Source: Nanobdellota archaeon
Lineage (GTDB): Archaea > Aenigmatarchaeota > Aenigmatarchaeia > QMZP01
NCBI GenBank assembly: GCA_018816245.1
Contig: JAHIVW010000002.1
Location: forward strand, 18,314 to 82,313
Direction of reading: 5' to 3'
Length of the DNA stretch: 64,000 bases
Shown here piece by piece: positions 55,528 through 64,000 of this stretch. The first letter of the stretch is position 1, and every line of letters starts with the position of its first letter. The translations under genes and the position numbers were made by a program. The notes below the pieces were generated by a model. That model had not been told where the DNA came from and searched no databases. It saw only the letters and a list, made by a program, of their open reading frames with translations.

Positions 55528-58500
55528 AACGCCAGACTCCCGACATTGAGGACAAGCCCAACAACTGGGTTAAAGTATCCTACAATCGCACCAATGAATG
55601 CAAGGACATTCCCTTGCATCGCTGCTGAGGCTAATCCTCCAATTAATGCAAGAACGCAGCAAGGAGTACAAAACCAGTAACAGAGGATAGACATGATTGC
55701 TGTAATGATTTGGAAAACCATGTTTGTTGCTCCCCCTTCCTCCCCCTGATCCTCGGTATCACCAGTTTCCTCCAACAAGTCGTTTGCCAACTCGTCCCCT
55801 GACTTGATATCGTCCTCAATCCCCTTGATCTGCAGTGCGTGAGTAGCCTCCATGGTGACGAGCGCCGCGCCAGTAACAATCTCATCACTCGTCGGGATGA
55901 GCGCAGTCACAGCAAACCGGAGCGGTTCCGTCTGGCCCCCGAGCTTTGCCTTCTCAAGCGGTGGCAACCCGAGAATACAACTCAACGAATTCGAGCTGTC
56001 ACCGGCAGCACAATTCGCTTTGTGCTCATTCCCCTGGAACGTATAGGAAACATCCTGAACCTGGAGCGCTGTTGCCAAGCCGACAATTTTCAAATCAACT
56101 TTGATGCTCTTGAGGAAGTGGCACGTCTTGTCAGACATGCTCAAGGTGCATTTCACGGGTTCCGGCGTCACATGATAGACAATGAGTCCGATCAACCCTT
56201 CCTTGACGCAGAGACTCTGCGGATCGCTGCCGCCCGGCACACAAAGGAAGCCTTCTCCAAAGGCAGCGTCCTCAATACAGGAACAATCAAGGCAACAGGT
56301 GGCGGCACTCTCCCCGGTCCCGCACACCCCGTCACCACAAACGGGAACAGCGCCAACGAGCAGTTCCGGTGTTGCTGTTGAGAGGGTCACGGCAACATTC
56401 TGCGGTCCGTCATGATAGGTCGCGTGAACATCAAGATCAGCAAAGACACGATATGCTTCTTGGTCACGATCGAAAATGGGACTTGTTGGATCATCAGGAA
56501 ACACCGGCAGCGTCAAGGTGCAGGAAAGAATGTTTCCCTGCAGGAAGCAATCATCCAGCGAACAGACAAGCTCAGTATCCTGGATTCCGCAGTCTGTACG
56601 CTCAATGGTGAGACTCGTCGGGGCTTCCTTAATTTTTCCAATTATCGTCGCCTTATTCTGGATCGAACTGTCTTCAAACATCCCGGGAGAAACACTGAGC
56701 AGATACAACGAAAGCTCTGGATCTGGCTGGCAGGTATCTGCAAGTGTTGCATACTCGTTCACCGCTTCGCAGTATTCTCCTGTTCCGCAAGGGCAGTCAT
56801 AGCAGCAGCTCCCCCTTGACTCCGTCGGATCGCAGAGACCATTGCCGCAGGTCACCTGTCCAAAACCGACAGGGGGCACGGCGAGGCTGATGAGCTTGTT
56901 CGTTGTTCCGGTTGCCGTTGTGTAGGAAAATGGAAGCGCAAGCGTTTGGCTCACAGTGTAGCCGTTCCCGGATTGGTAATTCAGAATCTTGAGATTCAAT
57001 GCACACGTTAACGACGTGGCGTTCGCGCCGAGCGAACAGGTTCCGGTGCAGCTTGCCGTGCAACTCCCGTCTGTTGTCTGGCACGCTGCAGCACAACCTG
57101 CAACGCCGAGCGTCAAGGCCTCGGGCGGATTGAGGACACTTGCCGAGACCGTTAACCCTGTCCCGGCCACAGGATCGTGAGTCAGTAATGATTGTGGTGT
57201 CACGGTGACTGCAACAAGGTTCGATGTCCCAAACGGCTGGACACACTGCCCGTTGGTTGTTCCCTGTAATTGGCATTCGAACCCGCCCGTGCAACCGCAA
57301 TCAAGGCAGCAGGTTGCATCCTCACCAGTGTCACAGATTCCATTTCCACACACCCCGGTTTGGATTGTTGGGATCGCGGTCAGCAAGGAGGTTGTGTATT
57401 GTTTTCCGGATCCTGTCTGATGGGTAAAGGTCGCGGTGAGGGTGTTCCCGGAAATAACTGTTCCTGACCCGCATGATGCAGGCGGCGTCACAACCAACGT
57501 GCATCGGTACAACTCATTCCCTTGAAACACGCAGACAGGTTGTTGTGGTATCCCACCAAGCACCGCGGAAAACGAGGGCGTGCTCGCTCCGACAGGAAGA
57601 TTCTTCAGTCGAACAGTAATGGGCAGCGAGGAAGTGCTGTCACAGGTGGGGAGAACAAGCGTTGTAGGAGAAACATACTCCAGTTCATAGTCAATAAGCG
57701 AACAGGTTTCTGCATACGTGCAATAGGAACCAGAATCACAGGGACAGTCACTGCAACAATTCCCTTTCTCACCGTTTCCACACTGATTGTCGCCGCACAC
57801 TTCTCCTGAACTGCTTTGCACAACAGCAACCGGTGCATTCCGGAATCCGCTGACAAACGGAAACAAGAGAACATAATTCGATCCTGTGCTCACAATCTCA
57901 TTCCCCACAACCTGCGACACAAGGTTGTACGGCGGTGTATTCGAGAGCAGGGTCGTGATCGAGGAAGCGCTCTGAATGACGATCTTGCTGACACGCGCAG
58001 GATCCAAGGGAAGCTGCCGATAGGAGGTAATGTAGGAAGAGAGCTGCGTTGCCGCGTCCACAGACGCGGCATGGACAGCAACGGCATCGACATCAAGAAG
58101 AGTTTGATGGGTAAACTGGACAGACGCGCTTGTTCGGACAACCTTATGGATCTTCGTTGCCCACATTGTTGTTCCGTCGGGATGTTGGAGCCGCGCTCCC
58201 ACAAGGATGTACGCTGTCTGTGGGTAACTGCCTGTTGTATCGGCAACCAGGCTCCACGACTTGGTTACGGTAGCAATCCCGTCAATCAGCGGCATTGGTT
58301 CGAATGATTGGAGGGTACAGGTTGCTGGATCAGGATCCCCCTTGCACCACCAGACATAGGCAGCAATGAGCGGGTACGCTGGGGTTCCTGCTGCAGTTAC
58401 ATTGACACGAAGATCATAACTGAATGCAGTAACCTTTGTTTCTTTCGATGTCACAGAAACCAGCGGCTGGTATGTTGGTGTGAGATCAGGGCCAGAGCTG

Positions 58501-58592
58501 ACAATCCTGATTTGCATGGCGCTTGCAACCGGCATCAGCAGCACAAGACAGATGCTAATCATCGTTGCGCTGAGGAGGACCGATTTCATCAT
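55524..58592 (-). CDS. Giant Cys-rich surface protein (cassette A partner, about 1022 aa): 4 Cys-knot/Ig-like repeats and hydrophobic tail
   Basis: Signal peptide ending ASA; four CG(D/N)..C..E..CC.DC.C units; acidic stretch then about 65 hydrophobic residues. Confidence 0.8.
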   Translation of the reverse strand: MMKSVLLSATMISICLVLLMPVASAMQIRIVSSGPDLTPTYQPLVSVTSKETKVTAFSYDLRVNVTAAGTPAYPLIAAYVWWCKGDPDPATCTLQSFEPMPLIDGIATVTKSWSLVADTTGSYPQTAYILVGARLQHPDGTTMWATKIHKVVRTSASVQFTHQTLLDVDAVAVHAASVDAATQLSSYITSYRQLPLDPARVSKIVIQSASSITTLLSNTPPYNLVSQVVGNEIVSTGSNYVLLFPFVSGFRNAPVAVVQSSSGEVCGDNQCGNGEKGNCCSDCPCDSGSYCTYAETCSLIDYELEYVSPTTLVLPTCDSTSSLPITVRLKNLPVGASTPSFSAVLGGIPQQPVCVFQGNELYRCTLVVTPPASCGSGTVISGNTLTATFTHQTGSGKQYTTSLLTAIPTIQTGVCGNGICDTGEDATCCLDCGCTGGFECQLQGTTNGQCVQPFGTSNLVAVTVTPQSLLTHDPVAGTGLTVSASVLNPPEALTLGVAGCAAACQTTDGSCTASCTGTCSLGANATSLTCALNLKILNYQSGNGYTVSQTLALPFSYTTATGTTNKLISLAVPPVGFGQVTCGNGLCDPTESRGSCCYDCPCGTGEYCEAVNEYATLADTCQPDPELSLYLLSVSPGMFEDSSIQNKATIIGKIKEAPTSLTIERTDCGIQDTELVCSLDDCFLQGNILSCTLTLPVFPDDPTSPIFDRDQEAYRVFADLDVHATYHDGPQNVAVTLSTATPELLVGAVPVCGDGVCGTGESAATCCLDCSCIEDAAFGEGFLCVPGGSDPQSLCVKEGLIGLIVYHVTPEPVKCTLSMSDKTCHFLKSIKVDLKIVGLATALQVQDVSYTFQGNEHKANCAAGDSSNSLSCILGLPPLEKAKLGGQTEPLRFAVTALIPTSDEIVTGAALVTMEATHALQIKGIEDDIKSGDELANDLLEETGDTEDQGEEGGATNMVFQIITAIMSILCYWFCTPCCVLALIGGLASAAMQGNVLAFIGAIVGYFNPVVGLVLNVGSLAL

Positions 58593-60703
58593 GAGCTCAC
58601 CCCACACGACCCTACGAACTGGGCGTCACATAATGTAATAATCGTGTTGATACCATCATTTAGTGTACAGCCACTCTCCGGGATGGAGGCCGCCTGGCTC
58701 GCGGTCAGACACCCTGTTGTTGCGAGCTCTGTTGCAATGGCATGCAGGTCGCTGCAGGTGCATGCCTGGCCGAACGAGAATGTCCAGGTTGGATAAGGAA
58801 CGCCGATCTTGAACGGCTTGATTGCACACACGTTTGTTGCCTTGACTGCAAGATCGTGCAGTTCCTGTTCTGTCAACTGCGGTACTGCAGTCGCAGCAAG
58901 CGGCACCGTGACCGTCAAGGCATCAGGTGTCGCGGGAATCGTCCCTTCGGTGATGAAGCCACCAAGGACAGAGGTTGCATACTTGATCGCCGTTGCTTCA
59001 ACAGGGAACGTCCCGGTCGGGAGATTGAAATTGAACTTCCCCGAAGGATACGTGACGCTCGGCAGTGCTGTAATGCACGCATCGATGCACGCATCGCATG
59101 CAGCCTTGATCTGTTCTATGGCACTCCCCAATACATCTGCATTGGCACAGGTGACACACGCCGGGTTTTCAGTGTAACAATCAGTTTCTGTTTCCAAGTT
59201 AAAGATAGTCATTGCTGAACTCCCCTCCCCACCGATGCGCACGATCACTGGATCGTCTCCTGTATTGACATGGCAGGTGGTGTAGCTTCCTTTCGGTTCA
59301 ATTGCAACGGTCCGGAAATGAACGGTATGCGGAACCGGCGACTGAAGGGTAACGAGAATTGGTTGCGCAGGATCCGCGTAGGAAATGTACGGCAAGTACG
59401 CATCTGCGAAGACGTCGATTTGTTGCGTGCCGCATGATGCTGTTCCTGTTGCTGTTCCGTGAACATTCGTGGTTGCGGTGAAACATTCGCCGAGGGTCAC
59501 CAGCGCGCCGATCACCGGATTCCCGAGATGATCAGTGACAGACACATTCACCGGGCACACCGGTTCGCCGCATGCTGTTGACACGACCAAGGAGACCGGC
59601 TCGGAACACGGCGCTGTTTCCATGTCCTTCACGTTCACGAATCCTGCAATGTGGTAGGGATAGTTTGAGAGTTTGTCAAAGATGCGCACAACGAAGGGGT
59701 AGGTAACAGCATAGCGGATGTTATATACTCCTGTACATCGGGCAAACACGTAGATATCAGCATCCATGAGAATCTGGCTGTTGGAGCCCGAGAAGCCCTG
59801 CGTTGTCTTGAAAGAGAAATCATCAGAATAGAACAGCTGCGGCTCCAGCTCAGAGAACGTTTTCCCGAGCACTGTCGGAATCGCGAAGCTCCGCGCTTCC
59901 GAGGAATCAGGTGTAGAAGAACCCCACCACACAAGATGGGATAAGACGTAGTTCGCTGCAAGCGTCAGGCCTGCGGAAACCTGTTTCGGTGTTCGCGTAA
60001 AGCCGTCGCCACAATCATTCATGACACCGCCCGTTGGCAGCATCGGGTGGCCATCATCCATGTCCGGGGAAAAGAGGATCGCGTACACCGTGAACCAGTC
60101 AAGCCAGCGCATTGTCGAGAACTCACCGGCAAGCGCCTGAGAAAATTGAACCAACCGGCCGAATTCCGTTGGGACGCTCAGCGAATAGCGCTCTGCTGCC
60201 TCGTACTCTTGGAGACTGATCGGCACGATGATCTCAAGATCGATCTTGTTGTCGAGAATGTTCGCATCCACCATAATCTTTGTTGTATCGACAACGACCG
60301 TTTTTCCCGGAACCGTGATTTCACTGCTGTGCTCGATTAGATAGTTTTGGATACCACGTTCATAGTCCCTTGTGATATCAGCGAGAGAACGGCTCAGGTC
60401 GTTTTGGCACACCTGCCAGTAAGGGACACCCTCTCCCTCGAAAATGGTGTGGGTTGGAACAATTGCCCCTGGTCCGATCTTGTCAAGTGTCAGGTAGCCG
60501 CCATGGAGCTCCATGAGCTGGAGCGTCTCGTCTGCGCCGTTCCGGATGAGCTGCTCGGTCACATCACGCAGCAGGCTTTCTTCAGTCCCAAGAACCGACG
60601 GCAGACTATCCGGGGTCGTCGGCTGCCGGACCATGATCGCGACGATGACTACCACAAGGAAAATCAACCCGAAAATGACAATGAATTCCAGTTGCCCCCG
60701 CAT
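58589..60703 (-). CDS. Class III signal-peptide (type IV pilin-like) large protein (cassette A)
   Basis: MRG/QLEFIVIFGLIFLVVVIVAI; MELHGGYL, GVPYWQVC, CTCSDL..GCLTA; TATA TTATAATA about 60727-60734. Confidence 0.78.
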   Translation of the reverse strand: MRGQLEFIVIFGLIFLVVVIVAIMVRQPTTPDSLPSVLGTEESLLRDVTEQLIRNGADETLQLMELHGGYLTLDKIGPGAIVPTHTIFEGEGVPYWQVCQNDLSRSLADITRDYERGIQNYLIEHSSEITVPGKTVVVDTTKIMVDANILDNKIDLEIIVPISLQEYEAAERYSLSVPTEFGRLVQFSQALAGEFSTMRWLDWFTVYAILFSPDMDDGHPMLPTGGVMNDCGDGFTRTPKQVSAGLTLAANYVLSHLVWWGSSTPDSSEARSFAIPTVLGKTFSELEPQLFYSDDFSFKTTQGFSGSNSQILMDADIYVFARCTGVYNIRYAVTYPFVVRIFDKLSNYPYHIAGFVNVKDMETAPCSEPVSLVVSTACGEPVCPVNVSVTDHLGNPVIGALVTLGECFTATTNVHGTATGTASCGTQQIDVFADAYLPYISYADPAQPILVTLQSPVPHTVHFRTVAIEPKGSYTTCHVNTGDDPVIVRIGGEGSSAMTIFNLETETDCYTENPACVTCANADVLGSAIEQIKAACDACIDACITALPSVTYPSGKFNFNLPTGTFPVEATAIKYATSVLGGFITEGTIPATPDALTVTVPLAATAVPQLTEQELHDLAVKATNVCAIKPFKIGVPYPTWTFSFGQACTCSDLHAIATELATTGCLTASQAASIPESGCTLNDGINTIITLCDAQFVGSCGVSS

Positions 60704-60780
60704 GTCCCTTACTCATTGTTCCTGTGTATTATAAGCACGGAGAGCAGCACGTTTTTAAATCTCCCCAAGTATGGTCTCCT

Positions 60781-61227
60781 ATGCGAAAAGAGCGGAGCTT
60801 TGCCCTGTTCCTGGTTGCTTTGATGCTGCTCTCAGCAGCAGGATTTGCCGTGAGTTTTACTCCAGTAACACAATCTTCCAGCGAAGAGCCGGAGATTATC
60901 TTACCACCGCCGATTGTTGAACGGGCACTGACAACCGAAGAAGTGCTCTCAGCGCTTCGCACCGGCCGGCTTATCTATACCTATACCACACCAGAAGCCT
61001 GCGAATCCTGTGAGGCGATGAAGACAACCTTATCCGACTTTGTCACCACCTACCCCGCTTTCGCAATCATCGTTTTTCTGGAAGGAGAGCAGGAAGAATT
61101 GACTGTGCTCCTCCCTTCAGGCGAGTTCGTGCCAATCGAGACACCAATTGATGTGGACGAATTACTGGAAACCTATTGCGAAAACAGTTATATCAAACCA
61201 AAGGAATGTCTCTTGCTGCAGATCTAA
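60781..61227 (+). CDS. Membrane-anchored thioredoxin-like (CxxC) protein
   Basis: ALMLLSAAGFA anchor; ACESC motif; C-terminal YC..P.EC. Confidence 0.6.
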   Translation: MRKERSFALFLVALMLLSAAGFAVSFTPVTQSSSEEPEIILPPPIVERALTTEEVLSALRTGRLIYTYTTPEACESCEAMKTTLSDFVTTYPAFAIIVFLEGEQEELTVLLPSGEFVPIETPIDVDELLETYCENSYIKPKECLLLQI

Positions 61228-64000
61228 AGCAGGTGCTTGAGTTTCTTGGGATCGGCTTTTCCTTGTCCGACCGTTGGTTTTCCCCCGCCGGCCCCGCCTG
61301 CTCGTTTGGCAAGCGTTTGCACGAGCTTCCCAGCATCTTGTGTTTTGCTCATGGCAACGAGTTCGCCTTGGTTGTTTGCGAGGACAATGGTCCAGTCAGG
61401 ATGGCGTTTCAACAAATCATCCGCAACCGTGATCAGCTCTTTCCGTGTCAGATCAAGAATTGTTCGGATCTGGTTATTTTTGGCAGCCTGTTCGAGTGTT
61501 TCAACAACTGACGAAGCACTCTTGGTTCGTTCCCGGACGGTTTGTTTTCGGGATTGTTTCCATAACTGGAATACCGTTTCAGCAAGCTGTGGTAGTGTCT
61601 TGACCTTTGTCAAGGCTGATGCATCGCCAGTAAGCTGTGACGCAAATTTCTCAAGTGTCTTGGGAATCATTTGCTGATCGCACGAAAGGATCGTGCTTGT
61701 TTCCCGGAGTTCCCGGAGTATATCAGCCTCCTGTAACGCGATCGGAACATCGAGATGCTTCGTGACCGTGGCAACTGCCTCTTTGTATTTCTGTTCTTGT
61801 TTGTGTACGAACTGCTCTGCAGCAGCCCCACAGGTGAACTCGATCCGGTTCACCCCATCTGCGATGCGTTCTGTTTTCATAATCACGAACCGGCCGATTT
61901 CACTCGTGTTCCGGAGGTGCGTTCCGCCGCACGCTTCCGTGTCAACGTCCCCGATATTCACAACACGGATCGTTTTCCCGGGAGACGCGCCACCTTGATA
62001 CAAGACGAACCCGTACCGCTGTTCTGCGGCACCGCGGTCGTGCTCGTGCATCCCCACCTGTTGCTTCCCTTTCACAATGTTGTTCACTCCATCTTCCAGC
62101 TTCTTGAGGTCCTGGGGTGTGAACGGCTGATAATGAGTTACATCAAGGCGAGAAGACGTGACTCCTTTCTTGGCACCTGCCTGCCAGATCTGCGGTCCCA
62201 GTAACTTCCTGGCAACGCCACCAAGGACGTGCGTTGCCGTATGCATTTGCATCAGCTGATACCGCCGATCCCAATCAATCGTTCCTGTGATTTTTCCTTT
62301 TGTTTTGGGAACAGGCACCACTTTGTGAAACACCACATTCTGTACCTTCTGCACATCGGTAACATGATGAGTTTTGCCCCTGAATTCAATCGTTCCGTGA
62401 TCAGCAGGCTGGCCGCCGCCTTCAGAATAGAACAATGTCCGGTCGAACGCAACCCATCCACGGTGCACGCTAACAATGGTTGCTGAAAAGGTTTTCGCAT
62501 ATGGTTGCTGGTAATACAATAATTTTGTTGATGCAGTTCCCGAAACATTGATCTTCAGTTCTGTTTCTAGTTCTTTTTTCCCTGTTTCGGTGTGCTCGGT
62601 GAGTTTGCTATAGAAATCATCCGGCACCGTGAACGGCACTCCTTCCTGCTTTGCAATGGTGTCCACAATTTCCGGGGTAATCCCGTTTGACACGTACATG
62701 GTAACGAGTTTCTTGGTGGTAAGCTTGCCTTTCTTTAGCTCGGTTTTCGCGAGCTTCATACCGCGATCCATGGTCTTTATGTAACGGTCAGTCTCAACTG
62801 AGATATTCTCATTGAAGATGGGGAGTGCACGCTTGAGTTCAGGGAACAGTGGTTTGAGAAAGGTTGCATGACGTGAGGCAACATCTTGTATCGTGAATGG
62901 GAATTCAAACTCCTTCATGAACGAAAGCGCCCGCCGCAAGATCACGCGAAGGTTGTAACCGCCCCCAATGTTACTAGGGATGCCGCCGTCAGCAATCGCG
63001 AACAGGAGGGACTTTGTATGGTCTGCAACCGCATACAACGCCTGCATTGGAGCGACCGTTCTCCTGAGTTCTGTTGGTGTGACAGCGAGCTGTTTCGCCA
63101 GCTGCTCACGAGCCCGCTGCATATTGCGACCATCTTCGACATCGAGTCCGCCGGCAAGAACAGCATAGCGATCAAAAAGAGCAGTGTCGTGCTGCCCGCT
63201 TTGTTGTTTCATCCAGGTGATGACCGGACCGAATACCGCGTCGTATCCCGTCGGTGTCCCTTGGGAAAACCAGACAAGACGTTCATGTCCCCAGCCGACA
63301 TCAATGACTTTTCTGGGAAGTTCGGTGTACCCCGTTCCTTTTGCCGTGAACTGCGAAAACACAGAATTGACAAGTTCAAGGCCGCGGGAAAAGGTTTCAA
63401 CCGACGGACCAAATTGTGAGAAGTCCGGCATGCTCCAGACATCTTCGACGTACGTCAGTTCTGTTTCCGGGATGCCGAGTGTTTTCGTGAGGAACTCGAA
63501 ATTCAATTCAATGCAGCGTTCCTTCCAGTAGTTCCCAAAGCTGTGCTGCCCACCCATAATAAAGCCTGTGTGATGGCGGCCGGTTACTCCCACATTCGGG
63601 ATGTCGTTGAATCGCAAACACACCTGCGGAACCACGAGCGGATCAGCGGGATACTCCATGACAACACGCCCATGTTCAATGCGCTGAAAGTCCTGGATGC
63701 TGGCGATCGTAAAATACAAATCAGGGCGCCAGCGGTCAATGACCGGATACCGATTCACGACCGCATGCTTGTGTTTCTTGAAGAATGTAGCGAATTCGTG
63801 CCACATGGCAAGGTAATCGAGGTTCTTCTTCGTGATGGGCTTCCCAAGAAATCCGTACGGATCACATGGAGGATCACCGCAGGTTGTTCGTTCAGCGGCA
63901 AGGGTCCAGAAATGCTTCCCGCAGGCGCACGTCTTCCGGACAAATCCCTTTGTTTTGAAAAGCGGAACTTCGTAATGGTGCTTCCAGTCCTTGGCAAACT
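61224..64000 (-). CDS. alaS: Alanyl-tRNA synthetase (archaeal type); 5' end outside window
   Basis: Frame open to the window edge (CACGKHFWT..CGDPPC); RWRPDLYFTIASIQDFQ, IDVGWGHER, ADHTK, HTATH, EACGGTH, GGAGGG. Confidence 0.96.
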   Translation of the reverse strand, partial: FAKDWKHHYEVPLFKTKGFVRKTCACGKHFWTLAAERTTCGDPPCDPYGFLGKPITKKNLDYLAMWHEFATFFKKHKHAVVNRYPVIDRWRPDLYFTIASIQDFQRIEHGRVVMEYPADPLVVPQVCLRFNDIPNVGVTGRHHTGFIMGGQHSFGNYWKERCIELNFEFLTKTLGIPETELTYVEDVWSMPDFSQFGPSVETFSRGLELVNSVFSQFTAKGTGYTELPRKVIDVGWGHERLVWFSQGTPTGYDAVFGPVITWMKQQSGQHDTALFDRYAVLAGGLDVEDGRNMQRAREQLAKQLAVTPTELRRTVAPMQALYAVADHTKSLLFAIADGGIPSNIGGGYNLRVILRRALSFMKEFEFPFTIQDVASRHATFLKPLFPELKRALPIFNENISVETDRYIKTMDRGMKLAKTELKKGKLTTKKLVTMYVSNGITPEIVDTIAKQEGVPFTVPDDFYSKLTEHTETGKKELETELKINVSGTASTKLLYYQQPYAKTFSATIVSVHRGWVAFDRTLFYSEGGGQPADHGTIEFRGKTHHVTDVQKVQNVVFHKVVPVPKTKGKITGTIDWDRRYQLMQMHTATHVLGGVARKLLGPQIWQAGAKKGVTSSRLDVTHYQPFTPQDLKKLEDGVNNIVKGKQQVGMHEHDRGAAEQRYGFVLYQGGASPGKTIRVVNIGDVDTEACGGTHLRNTSEIGRFVIMKTERIADGVNRIEFTCGAAAEQFVHKQEQKYKEAVATVTKHLDVPIALQEADILRELRETSTILSCDQQMIPKTLEKFASQLTGDASALTKVKTLPQLAETVFQLWKQSRKQTVRERTKSASSVVETLEQAAKNNQIRTILDLTRKELITVADDLLKRHPDWTIVLANNQGELVAMSKTQDAGKLVQTLAKRAGGAGGGKPTVGQGKADPKKLKHLL

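Noticed and set aside
48555..58592. Fusexin (HAP2/Fsx1) assignment for the giant proteins
   Set aside because: Cys-rich ectodomains and C-terminal TMs fit superficially, but the four-repeat beaded architecture does not match a class II fusogen fold; only structure prediction could revisit this.
1..64000. CRISPR array, cas genes, transposases, integrases, rRNA
   Set aside because: No regularly spaced repeats or recognisable motifs were seen by eye.

Overview
Gene-dense archaeal chromosomal segment. The archaeal-type GlyRS/PheRS/AlaRS, Spt5, Rpo6, eL19, RFC, CarS and tRNAs without encoded CCA, the fragmented ribosomal operons and the large Cys-rich surface proteins suggest a DPANN lineage (Aenigmatarchaeota-like; inference). 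The core content is translation genes, 9 tRNA genes (one with an 83-nt intron), a nucleotide-kinase cluster, and upper mevalonate and ether-lipid genes (HMGS, thiolase, DUF35, GGPP synthase, CarS, UppS). Four observations stand out. (1) A 15-bp palindrome, TAT[A/C]ACA-N-[T/C]GT[T/G]AT[A/C/T], occurs five times, always essentially intergenic. Four copies sit at edges of accessory islands, two of them between convergent genes, and two form a perfect 14-bp direct repeat around a foreign-looking two-gene cassette. (2) A tandemly duplicated module pairs a ~710-aa class III signal-peptide (pilin-like) protein with a >1000-aa four-repeat Cys-rich protein carrying a divergent hydrophobic tail. (3) A circularly permuted uL1-binding autoregulatory hairpin covers the rpl1 Shine-Dalgarno. 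(4) tRNAs abut protein genes within 0-2 nt. All calls are from reading the sequence; no searches were run.
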